Position numbers and translations under genes: made by a program
The notes under the pieces: generated by a model
Told to the model about the DNA's origin: nothing
Database searches by the model: none
Seen by the model: the letters and a program-made list of their open reading frames with translations, nothing else
Origin: Dipteris shenzhenensis
Lineage: Eukaryota
Reading direction: 5' to 3' (one strand)
Length of the DNA stretch: 64,000 bases
Assembly (NCBI GenBank): GCA_047967505.1
Contig: CM106538.1
Shown: in pieces, positions 50,101 through 61,393 of the stretch
Position numbering within the stretch: position 1 is the stretch's first letter
Layout of the letters: every line of letters starts with the position of its first letter

Positions 50101-53100
50101 GAGATTGGCATCACTGCCATTCCCCACTAGTGGTAGTCTAGACAAACTAAACCTATAGATTGACATTCTAGGGCCTAATAAGAGATTGACACAATTCCAT
50201 ATGATCTCTACACAGCGGAGATAGTGATCACTATAGAGAAGAATACACATGTGAGTTTAGGATTCTCAATGCCATTTCTTAGGGCAAGCATGATGTTGGC
50301 ATCATTGCCATTCTCCGCTAGTGGTAATCTAGACAAACTAAACCTTTAGATTGACAATCCACTAATTTTATGGCTGCAATAGGATAATGGCAAAAGTGCC
50401 AATGCACATGTGAGTTTAGGATTCCTTGTGCATGTTTTCAGGTCATGGTATGAGATTGGCACCAGTGCCATTCTCCACTGGTGGAATTCTCCTCAGAGAT
50501 TGACACAATTCCATATGATCTCTACATAGCGGAGATAGTGATCACTACATAGAAGAATGTACATTACCACTAGCGGAGAATGGTAGTAGGATAATGGAAA
50601 AAGTGCCAATGCACATGTGAGTTTAGGATTCCTTGTGCATGTTTTCAGGTCATGGTATGAGATTGGCACCACTGCCATTCTCCACTAGTGGCATTCTCCA
50701 CAAAGATTGACACAATACCATATGACCTCTACACAGCGGAGACAGTGATCATTACATAGAAGAATGCACATGTGAGTTTAGGCTTCTCCATGCCATTTAT
50801 TAGAGCCTAATAAGAGATTGGCACCACTGCCATTCTCCACTTGTACAAATGTTTGCCCTACAATTCTAGGAGGGGTATTCCTATGCCAATCCAAATGTGA
50901 GTTTGATGATCTGAATGTCATTATGTAGTTGCCAGGCTAAGATTGGGATCACTGCCATTCCCCACTAGTGGTAGTCTAGACAAACTAAACCTATAGATTG
51001 ACATTCCAGGGCCTAAAAGACATTGACACAATTCCATATGATCTCTACACAGCGGAGACAGTGATCATTACATAGAAGAATGCACATGTGAGTTTAGATT
51101 CTCAATGCCATTTCTTAGGGCAAGCATGAGATTGGCATCACTACCATTCTCCGCTAGTGGTAATCTAGACAAACTAAACCTATAGATTGACATTCCACTA
51201 ATTTTATTGGCTGGAGTAGGATAATGGCAAAAGTGCCAATGCACATGTGAGTTTAGGATTTCTTGTGCATGTTTTCAGGTCATGGTATGAGATTGGCACC
51301 ACTGCCATTCTCCACAGAGATTGACACAATTCCATATGATCTCTACACAGCAGAGACATTGATCACTACATAGAAGAATGCACGTGTGAGTTTAGGCTTC
51401 TTAATGCCATTTTCTAGGGCCTAATAAGAGATTAGCACCACTGCCATTCTCCGCTTGTACAAATTTTTACCCTACTATTCTAGGAGTGGTATTCCAGTGA
51501 TCATAGGAGAGTGGTGTCCAATTCAAATCCAAATCTAAGTTTCAATGTCATCATATAGTTGCGAGCATGAGATTAGCATCACTGCCATTCCCCACTAGTG
51601 GTAGTCTAGACAAACTAAACCTATAGATTGACATTCCAGGTCCTAAAATTTAGGATTCTCAATGCCATTTTTTAGGGCAAGCATGATATTGGCATCAATG
51701 CCATTCTCTGCTACTGGCAATCTAGACAAACTAAACCTATAGATTGATTTTTACCCTACTATTCTAGGAGGGGTATTCCAGTGATCATAGGAGAGTGTTG
51801 TCTGATTCCAATCCAAATGTGAGTTTGATGATCTCAATCTCATTATATAGTTACCAGCATGAGATTGGCATCACTGCCATTCCCGACTAGTAGTCTAATT
51901 TTATTGGCATTCTCCACAGAGATTGACACAATTCCATATAATCTCTACACAGCGGAGACAGTGATCACTACATAGAAGAATGCACATGTGAGTTTAGGCT
52001 TCTCAATGCCATTTCTTAGGGCCTAATAAGAGATTGGTACCACTGCCATTCTCCACTTGTACAAATGTTTACCCTACTATTCTAAGAGGGGTATTGCAGT
52101 GATCATAGGAGAGTGGTGTCTGATTCCAATCCACATGTGAGTTTGATGATCTCAGAGATTGACACAATTCCATATGATCTCTACACAGCAGAGACAGTGA
52201 TCACTACATAGAAGAATGCACATGTCAATTTCGGATTCCTTGTGCATGTTTTCAGGTCATGGTATGAGATTGGCACCACTACCATTCTCCAGAGAGATTG
52301 ACACATCTCCATATGATCTCTACACAGCAGAGATAGTGATCACTACATAGAAGAATGCACATGTGAGTTTAGGATTTCTTGTGCATGTTTTCAGGTCATG
52401 GTATGAGATTGGCACCACTACCATTCTCCACTGGTGGCATTCTCCATAGAGATTAACACAATTCCATATGATCTCTACACAGCAGAGATAGTGATCACTA
52501 CATAGTAGAATGCACATGTGAGTTTAGGATTCCTTGTGGATGTTTTCAGGTCATGGTATCAGATTGGCACCACTGCCATTCTCCACTGGTGGCATTCTCC
52601 ACAGAGATTGACACAATTCGATATGATCTCTACACAGCAGAGACAGTGATCATTACATACAAGAATGCACATGTGAGTTTAGGATTCCTTGTGCATGTCT
52701 TCAGGTCATGGTATGAGATTGGCACCACTGCCATTCTCCATAGAGATTTGTGTCAATCTCTGTGGAGAATACATAGAAGGATGCACATGCGAATTTGGGC
52801 TTCTCAATGCCATTTCTTAGGGCGTAATAAGAGATTCGCACCACTGCCATTCTCCACTTGTACAAATGTTTACCCTACTATTCTAGGAGGGGTATTCCAG
52901 TGATCATAGGAGAGTGGTGTCCGATTCCATTCCACATGTGAGTTTGATGATCTCAGTGACATTATGCAGTTCCTAGCATGAGATTGGCATCACTGCCATT
53001 CTCCACTAGTGGTAATCTAGACAAACTAAACCTATATATTAACATTCCACTAATTTTATTGGCTGCAGTAGGATAATGGCAAAAGTGCAAATGCACATGT

Positions 53101-55947
53101 GAGCTTAGGATTCCTTGTGCATGTTTTCAGGTCATGGTATGAGATTGGCACCACTGCCATTCTCCACTGGTGGCATTCTCCACAGAAATTAACACAATTC
53201 CATATGATCTCTACATAGCGGAGACAGTGATCACTACATAGAAGAATGCACATGTGAGTTCAGGCTTCTCAATGCCATTTCTTAGGGCCTAATAAGAGAT
53301 TGGCACCACTGCCATTCTCCACTTGTACAAATTTTTACCCTACTATTCTAGGAGGGGTATTCCAGTGATCATAGGAGAGTGGTGTCCGATTCTAATCCAC
53401 ATGTGAGTTTGATGATCTCAGAGATTGACACAATTCCATATGATCTCTACATAGCAGAGACAGTGATCACTAGATCGAAGAATGCACATGTGAGTTTAGG
53501 ATTCCTTGTGCATGTTTTCAGGTCATGGTATGAGATTGGCACCACTACCATTCTCCACTGGTGGCATTCTCCACAGAGATTGACACAATTCCATATGATC
53601 TCTACACAGTGGAGACAGTGATCACTACATAGAAGAATGCACATGTGTGTTCAAGACTCCTTGTGCATGTTTTCAGGTCATGGTATGAGATTGGCACCAC
53701 TACCATTCTCCACTGGTGGTATTCTCCACAGAGATTGACACAATTCCATCTGATCTCTACATCATGGAGACAGTGATCACTACATAGAATAATGCACATG
53801 TGAGCTTAGGATTCTCAATGCCATTTCTTAGGGCAAGCATGAGATTGGCATCACTACCATTATCCGCTAGTGGTAATCTAGACAAACTAAACCTATAGAT
53901 TGACATTCCACTAATTTTATTAGCTGCAGTAGGATAATGGCAAAAGTACCAATGCACATGTGAGTCTAGGATTGCTTGTGCATGTTTTCAGGTCATGGTA
54001 TGAGATTGGCACCACTACCATGCTCTAGTGGTGGCATTCTCCACAGAGATTGACACAATTCCATATGATCTCTACACATTGTAGACTGTGATCACTACAT
54101 AGAAGAATGCACATTACCACTAGCGGAGAATGGCAGTAGGATAATGTTAAAAGTGCCAATGCATGTTTTCAGGTCATGGTATGAGATTGGCACCACTGCC
54201 ATTCTCCACAGAGATTTGTGTCAATCTCTGTGGAGAATCCATAGAAGAATGCACATGTCAGTTTACGCTTCTCAATGCCATTTCTTAGGGCCTAATAAGA
54301 GATTGGCACCACTGCTATTCTCCACTTGTACAAATGTTTACCCTACTATTCTAGGAGGGGTATTCTAATGATCATAGAAGAGGGGTGTCCGATTCCATTC
54401 CACATGTGAGTTTGATGATCTCAGTGACATTATGTAGTTAGCAGCATGAGATTGGCATCACTACCATTCTCCACTAGTGGTAATCTAGAAAAACTAAACC
54501 TGTAGATTGACATTCCACTAATTTTATTGGCTGCAGTAGGATAATGGCAAAAGTACAAATGCACATGTGAGTTTAGGATTGCTTGTGCATGTTTTCACGT
54601 CATGGTATGAGATTGGCACCACTACCATTCTCCACTGGTGGAATTCTCCATAGAGATTGACACAAATCCATATGATCTCTACAAAGCGGAGACAGTGATC
54701 ACTACATAGAAGAATGCACATGTGAGTTTAGGCTTCTCAATGCCATTTATTAGGGCCTAATAAGAGATTGGCACCACTTCCATTCTCCACTTGTACAAAT
54801 GTTTACCCTACTATTCTAGGAGGGGTATTCTAGTGATCATAGGAGAGTGGTGTCCGATTCCAATCCAAATGTGAGTTTGATGATCTCAATGTCATTATTT
54901 AGTTGCCAGCATGAGATTGGCATCACTGCCATTCCCCACTAGTGGTAGTCTAGACAAACTAAGCGTATAGATTGATATTCCAGGGCCTAATAAGAGATTG
55001 ACACAATTGCATATGATCTCTACACAGGGGAGACAGTGATCACTACATAGAAGAATGCACATGTGAGTTTAGGATTGTCAATGCCATTCTCCCCTAGTGG
55101 TAATCTAGACAAACTAAACCTATAGATTGACATTCCACTAATTCTATTGGCTAGAGTAGGATAATGGCAAAAGTACCAATGCAATGTGAGTTTAGGATTT
55201 CTTGTGCATGTTTTAATGTCATCGTATGAGATTGGCACCACTGCCATCCTCCACTGGTGGCATTCTCCAGAGAGATTGACACAATTCCATATGATCTCTA
55301 CACATCGAAGACTGTGATCACTACATAGAAGAATGCACATTACTACTAGCGGAGAATGGCAGTAGGATAATGGCAAAAGTGCCAATGCACATGTGAGTTT
55401 AGGATTCCTTCTACATGTTTTCAGGACATGGTATGAGATTGGCACCACTGCCATTCTCCATTGGTGGCATTCTCCACAGAGATTGACACAAATCCATATG
55501 ATCTCTCCATAGCGGATTGGCACCACTCCCATTCTCCACTGGTGGCATTCTCCACAGAGATTGACACAAATCCATATGATCTCTACATAGCAGAGATAGT
55601 GATCACTACATAGGAGAATGCACATTACCACTAGCAGAGAATGGTAGTAGGATAATGGCAAAAGTGCCAATGCACATGTGAGTTTAGGATTCCTTGTGCA
55701 TGTTTTCAGGTCATGGTGTGAGATTGGCACCACTGCCATTCTCCACTGGTGGCATTCTCCACAGAGATTAACACAATTCCATATGATCTCTACACAGCGA
55801 AGACAGTGATCACTACATAGAAGAATGCACATTTGAGTTTAGGATTCCTTGTGCATGTTTTTAGGTCATGGTATGAGATTGGCACCACTGCCATTCTCCT
55901 CCACAGAGATTGACACAAATCCATATGATCTCTGCACATGTGAGTTT
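47148..55947 (+). repeat. Satellite block 9
   Basis: Forward monomers; 155-bp offsets at 53447/53602/53757. Confidence 0.95.
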
Positions 55948-58900
55948 TGTTGAGATATCAAGCTCTATCCCCGACATATCTCCTGGATGACTATCATTTA
56001 TGTCACCGCCTATGTTAGTTGTACTCGTGGTGTAGTTAGACTACCACGTATGTTTTTGGTTTGGGTTCACATATGAACCATGTATTCTAGGTTTTGACAT
56101 ATAGGGTATTTCCCTCTTCTATTGTATTGTTGTTGTGTGCAAAAGTGAAGAAAGGCTTCACCCTCCAACCTTGTGTCCTCTCTCTATTGTATGTTGTGAA
56201 GAAAGCTGAACTTGAGTCTCCTATCTCTCTCCCTTATTCTTTACATGGTATCAGAGCCTTGTTCGTGGTAAGGAGCTCAAGAAAGCAAGCCAAGTTTGTG
56301 GTGTCCTGGTAAGAGGACCAGTGTTGCTTTCCTATTTCGAGTTTGGGAGCAAATCTCTGCAGGTAGCACAGCCAGAAGTGCAGGAGTGCACTGTTTCAGA
56401 TTGAGAGGCCCTTCGCGGTGTGACTTTATTTTTTTGATTTGAGGCCGTTTCGGGGCCCGTTTTGAAGGCAGAAGTTCTTCGCAGGCACTCAGAAAAAAGG
56501 CCCTGTTTTTCGCTGTGCGACCACTGTGCGGCTAGTCAGTGGAAAGGTGCCACAGAAATTGCATCGTATGCCTGTGTGCAGAGATATTGGGAGTTGCAGA
56601 TTCATGCCTGTTGCCTGTTGATGCAAAATCGTCACTAGGAAGTGACTGTGTGGTGAAATACCACTTTCGTCAGTGTTGCAGATCTGTCCCTGTGAGGCTT
56701 TTCGCAGAAGTTTTGCTATTTGCCCTTGTGAGGCATTTGCTGTGTTTACAGGTTGCTGTTGCAATTCGTGATTTGTAAAATGTCTGAGAATCTATCTACC
56801 ATTGTCAGTGAGAAGCTTGACAAGAACAACTTCCAAGCATGGAAGTTCAGGATGACAAACTTCCTTATGGGAAAGGGAGTTTGGGAGTACATCAGTGGTG
56901 AAACTACAGAACCAGTTCTGGGTGCTGCTCCCACTCCTGCTGAATTGAAGGCCTTTAAAGAATGGCATGAAAAAGCCAGAAAATGCCTGTATTGGCTGTC
57001 TGTTAGCATTTTAGATTCTATGATTGTGCATATACAGGATGTAGAGACGCCTAAGGAGGCATGGGATACATTGGTGAAGCTGTATAGCACAAATACCAAA
57101 GCACGAAAGATGCAGCTAAAGCAGGAGTTGCACAATGTGCAAAGGAAAAATATGAATATAAATGAGTATTCCTTGAAGGTGAAAGGCCTTGCAGATTCTC
57201 TTGCCTCCATTGGAGCACCTGTTGATGATGAGGACTTAGTGTCCGTGACCTTGAATGGTCTTGGGAAAGATTATGCACAGTTTCGGACATCCATTGGAGT
57301 CCGTGAAACATTTCCTGATTTTCAGGAACTTATTGCTCTCTTGCTAAGTGAAGAGCAAAGGAATGGTGGTCCAGCCACCTCAACTTCTCAAGAGACTGCT
57401 TTCTACTCGAATACAGGTAGAGGCAGGGGTAGAGGAAGAGGCCATTTTGGTGGCCGTGCAGGAAATCAGAACCAGCAGCAACAACAGGAAAACCAGTCCT
57501 ATGGAGGGGGACGTGGTAGTTCTAGAGGTAGGGGGAGCCAAAGAGGCCGTGGTTCATGGCAAAGGAACCAGCAAGTAAATAGCAGCATAGAATGCTATTA
57601 TTGTGGAAAGCCTGGACACAAGGAGAATACATGCTATAAAAAACAGAACGACATCAAAAGTGGGAAGTTGCAGCAAAGCAACTATGCATCATCAAGTGGG
57701 CATGGTGACGACAGAAATAAGCACCTTTTTGTGATGCAGCATATGGTTAACTCCATGTCAGGAGATGCTGCAGCTTGCAATGATGTTTGGTATGTTGATT
57801 CAAGTGCCTCTAACCACATGACCAGTCATGGTGAGTGGTTTCATGATGTTAGAAATTTGGATAAGCCAGGTTATGTTGAAACAGGTGATGATACTGCGCA
57901 CCCAATTACGCAGGTTGGTAAAGTGCCATTGGCTATGCAGGATGGCAAAACGAAGTACTTGGCAGATGTACTTCATGTTCCAAAAATCACTAAGAACCTG
58001 GTTTCAGTTGGCCAGATGGTTGAGCAAGGTCTGCAGGTTAGATTTAATCTTGATGGATGCTTTGTTGAGGACTTGAAAAATAAGTGCCGCTTGGTTGCGA
58101 AAGGCAACAAAAATGGCAGAATGTTCACCTTGGATGTTGATATGCCTGAGGTGAAAGCTGCTATGTTTGCGCATGGGAGAGGTGTCATTGCAGATATTGA
58201 GATATGGCACAAGCGGATTGGGCACGTGAATATACAAAGGCTGAAATCTATGCAAACGAAAAACATTGTTGCAGGTTTGCCTAAATTCAGAGTTGAGGGA
58301 ATGCAAAAGGTATGTGAAGCATGCCAAATGGGTAAGCAGGCCAGACATGCATTTCCCAAAAATGCTAAGGTGAGCAGAAGACCTTTGGAAGTGATCCATT
58401 CAGATGTTTGGACAACCAAAGCTGCTTCTATTGGTGGATGCCATTATTATGTGACGTTTATTGATGACTACACTAGGAAGGTGTGGATTTACTTTATGAA
58501 GCACAAAAGTGAAGTGTTCAGCCATTTCAAGGCTTTTAAGGCCATGGTTGAAAAAGAGAAAGGTGTGCATATTAAAGTGCTAAGATCTGATGGAGGGGGA
58601 GAGTACTTTTCAGAAGAATTTTGTGAATATCTGAAAGAACAGGGAATTCAAAGGAAGTACTCATGCAGGTCTACCCCTCATCAGCAGAATGGGGTTGCAG
58701 AAAGGAAGAACAGGCATATTGCAGAAGTAGGACGGGCGATCCTAAATGAGAAAAACATGCCTGATTATTTTTGGGCTGAAGCAGTAGCAACTGCTGTTTA
58801 TATTATGAACAGAACCCCCACTGCAGCTGTCCATGGCATGACGCCTGAAGAAATGTATACAGGCCAAAAACCAGATATTTCTCACTTGAAGGTATTTGGT

Positions 58901-61393
58901 TGCATAGCTTATGTTCATGTTCCTGATGAGAAGAGAACAAAGCTGGATCCAAAGGCAGAAAAATGCATCTTTATTGGATATGCTCAGTACCAGAAAGGGT
59001 ATCGCTATTATAACCCTTCCACCCGCAAAATGCAAGTGAGCAGAGATGTTGTTTTTGATGAAATGAGCAGCTGGTATGCACCAACTGTTATGGTAGGAGA
59101 TGCAGATGCAGGAAATGGGAATGCTGCAATAAATGCAGAGCAGCAATCTCAAGCCTTGAGTGGACCCAGAGAGTCCTCTACTAGTGGATCTAATGCATGG
59201 ACAGGGAGATTGAGATCTAGTGAATCGTCACATGGCAGTCCTGATAGTGTTGTGCAGGTATCACATAAGGGAAAAGAAAAAGTGGACCATGCTCCAGTGT
59301 TTGATGTGTCTGCTGGTAGCTCTCATGTTGATGGAGAGTCAAGTGGCTCTGAAATGAGCCTTGATGAGGAACTTGGGATTCCTTCTGTTGTTACACCTGG
59401 TGCAAGGAAAAGCAGGCATGATTTAAAGACTCCTGCAACTGATCCAGTTGTACGGAGGTCCACTCGTATTAAGTATCCAGTTGACAGGCTGAGATATGAT
59501 GGGTATACAGCACATCACTATGCTTATATGTTCAAGGTTCTAGAGGAGCCAGAGCCCACATGTTTTGAGGATGCAGTAGGGCATAAAAATTGGGAAGCAG
59601 CTATGGATGAAGAGATGGCTGCCTTGGATGCAAACCACACTTGGGATTTGATGCCTTTGCCTCATGATAAGAAGGCTATTGGCTGCAAGTGGGTTTACAA
59701 AGTAAAGCACAATGCTGATGGGTCTGTTAGCAGGTACAAGGCAAGATTGGTTGCCAAAGGTTTTGCACAGACATATGGAATTGACTATGAGGAAACTTTC
59801 AGCCCAGTTGCAAGGATGGCAACCGTGAGAGCAGTAATTGCTATGGCTGCTACAAAGGGATGGTCTTTGCATCAGATGGATGTGAAAAATGCCTTCTTGC
59901 ATGGTGATTTGCAGGAAGAGGTTTATATGATGCAGCCAGAAGGTTATGAGGATAATTCACACCCCGATTTTGTATGCAGGTTGCGCAAAGCCTTGTATGG
60001 CTTAAAACAGGCGCCGAGGGCATGGTCAGACAAGATAGGGCAATATCTTGTCACTATTGGATTTCAGATTTCCAATTCAGATTTTTCACTTTATGTGAAA
60101 AGGACAAACAGAGGGATTGTGCTTATAGTCATCTATGTTGATGACTTGATTATTACAGGTGATAGTGATGCAGACATTAATGAAGTGAAGCTGCTGTTGA
60201 AGCAGAAATTTGAGATGAAGGATTTGGGAGAGCTGCGTTACTTCTTGGGCATTGAGGTTATTAGATCCCCGAGTGGGATATGGCTGTTACAAAGGCAATA
60301 CGGTTTGGACATGCTGTCCAAATATGGGATGACAGGCTGTAAGCCTATTTCTGCTCCATTGGAGCAGAATGTGAAGCTCAATGCAGAGACAGGTGAGCTT
60401 CTTGAAGATATTACTATGTACAGGTGCATAGTAGGTAGCTTGATTTACATGACTATAACCAGACCAGATTTGAGCTATGCTGTGGGGCTGGTGAGTCAGT
60501 TTATGCAGGCACCGAGGAAGCCACATTTGGATGCGGCTAGGCGCATACTGCAGTATGTGAAGTCCACATTGCATTATGGACTGTTTTATGAAGCTGGGTG
60601 TGCATTACAGGTACATGGATACACAGATGCTGACTGGGCTGGTAGTGTCTCAGATAGGAGATCTACTAGTGGTTTTATGTTTTCCCTTGGGAGTGGTGCC
60701 ATCAGTTGGAGCAGCAAGAAGCAGCCAACAGTTGCCTTGTCAAGCACAGAGGCTGAGTACAGGGGTGCAGCAATGGCTGCATGTGAGGTAGCTTGGTTAC
60801 GGAAGCTACTTGCAGATATGGGACAGTCAGTTCATGCAGCAGTTGTCATTCATTGTGACAACATTAGCAGCATCATGCTTGCTAATAACCCAGTTTATCA
60901 TGCTAGAACGAAGCACATTGAGGTGCATTATCACTTTGTGAGAGAGAAGGTTCTAGCTGGTGAGATTGATCTTGTCTATGTCAGCACTGAGGAGCAGGTG
61001 GCTGATATCTTTACGAAGGCATTGGGTACCGAGAAGCTTCGCAGATTTAGGAGCTTGCTTGGTGTACGTGAGATGGATTTGAGCTTGAGGGGGAGTGTTG
61101 AGATATCAAGCTCTATCCCCGACATATCTCCTGGATGACTATCATTTATGTCACTGCCTATGTTAGTTGTACTCGTGGTGTAGTTAGACTACCACGTATG
61201 TTTTTGGTTTGGGTTCACATATGAACCACGTATTCTAGGTTTTGACATATAGGGTATTTCCCTCTTCTATTGTATTGTTGTTGTGTGCAAAAGTGAAGAA
61301 AGGCTTCACCCTCCAACCTTGTGTCCTCTCTCTATTGTATGTTGTGAAGAAAGCTGAACTTGAGTCTCCTATCTCTCTCCCTTATTCTTTACA
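55948..61393 (+). mobile_element. Full-length Ty1/Copia LTR retrotransposon (element 5), 5446 bp
   Basis: 298-bp LTRs 55948-56245 and 61096-61393 (TG..CA, 2 differences by eye); TSD AGTTT (55943-55947, 61394-61398); PBS 56246-56257; PPT TGAGGGGGAG 61086-61095; single open polyprotein. Confidence 0.98.
56780..61138 (+). CDS. gag-pol: Copia Gag-Pol polyprotein, 1452 aa (Gag, protease, integrase, RT, RNase H)
   Basis: EKLDKNNFQAWK; CYYCGKPGHKENTC; WYVDSSASNHMT; WHKRIGH..CEAC; IHSDVW/RSDGGGEY/NGVAERKNR; YKARLVAKGF; IYVDD; DADWAG..TEAEY..ADIFTK. The stop lies inside the 3' LTR. Confidence 0.97.
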   Translation: MSENLSTIVSEKLDKNNFQAWKFRMTNFLMGKGVWEYISGETTEPVLGAAPTPAELKAFKEWHEKARKCLYWLSVSILDSMIVHIQDVETPKEAWDTLVKLYSTNTKARKMQLKQELHNVQRKNMNINEYSLKVKGLADSLASIGAPVDDEDLVSVTLNGLGKDYAQFRTSIGVRETFPDFQELIALLLSEEQRNGGPATSTSQETAFYSNTGRGRGRGRGHFGGRAGNQNQQQQQENQSYGGGRGSSRGRGSQRGRGSWQRNQQVNSSIECYYCGKPGHKENTCYKKQNDIKSGKLQQSNYASSSGHGDDRNKHLFVMQHMVNSMSGDAAACNDVWYVDSSASNHMTSHGEWFHDVRNLDKPGYVETGDDTAHPITQVGKVPLAMQDGKTKYLADVLHVPKITKNLVSVGQMVEQGLQVRFNLDGCFVEDLKNKCRLVAKGNKNGRMFTLDVDMPEVKAAMFAHGRGVIADIEIWHKRIGHVNIQRLKSMQTKNIVAGLPKFRVEGMQKVCEACQMGKQARHAFPKNAKVSRRPLEVIHSDVWTTKAASIGGCHYYVTFIDDYTRKVWIYFMKHKSEVFSHFKAFKAMVEKEKGVHIKVLRSDGGGEYFSEEFCEYLKEQGIQRKYSCRSTPHQQNGVAERKNRHIAEVGRAILNEKNMPDYFWAEAVATAVYIMNRTPTAAVHGMTPEEMYTGQKPDISHLKVFGCIAYVHVPDEKRTKLDPKAEKCIFIGYAQYQKGYRYYNPSTRKMQVSRDVVFDEMSSWYAPTVMVGDADAGNGNAAINAEQQSQALSGPRESSTSGSNAWTGRLRSSESSHGSPDSVVQVSHKGKEKVDHAPVFDVSAGSSHVDGESSGSEMSLDEELGIPSVVTPGARKSRHDLKTPATDPVVRRSTRIKYPVDRLRYDGYTAHHYAYMFKVLEEPEPTCFEDAVGHKNWEAAMDEEMAALDANHTWDLMPLPHDKKAIGCKWVYKVKHNADGSVSRYKARLVAKGFAQTYGIDYEETFSPVARMATVRAVIAMAATKGWSLHQMDVKNAFLHGDLQEEVYMMQPEGYEDNSHPDFVCRLRKALYGLKQAPRAWSDKIGQYLVTIGFQISNSDFSLYVKRTNRGIVLIVIYVDDLIITGDSDADINEVKLLLKQKFEMKDLGELRYFLGIEVIRSPSGIWLLQRQYGLDMLSKYGMTGCKPISAPLEQNVKLNAETGELLEDITMYRCIVGSLIYMTITRPDLSYAVGLVSQFMQAPRKPHLDAARRILQYVKSTLHYGLFYEAGCALQVHGYTDADWAGSVSDRRSTSGFMFSLGSGAISWSSKKQPTVALSSTEAEYRGAAMAACEVAWLRKLLADMGQSVHAAVVIHCDNISSIMLANNPVYHARTKHIEVHYHFVREKVLAGEIDLVYVSTEEQVADIFTKALGTEKLRRFRSLLGVREMDLSLRGSVEISSSIPDISPG

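Noticed and set aside
57051-60791. Antisense and alternate-frame ORFs within element 5 (and likewise in elements 1-3)
   Set aside because: They are shadow ORFs of the gag-pol frame with no independent motifs.
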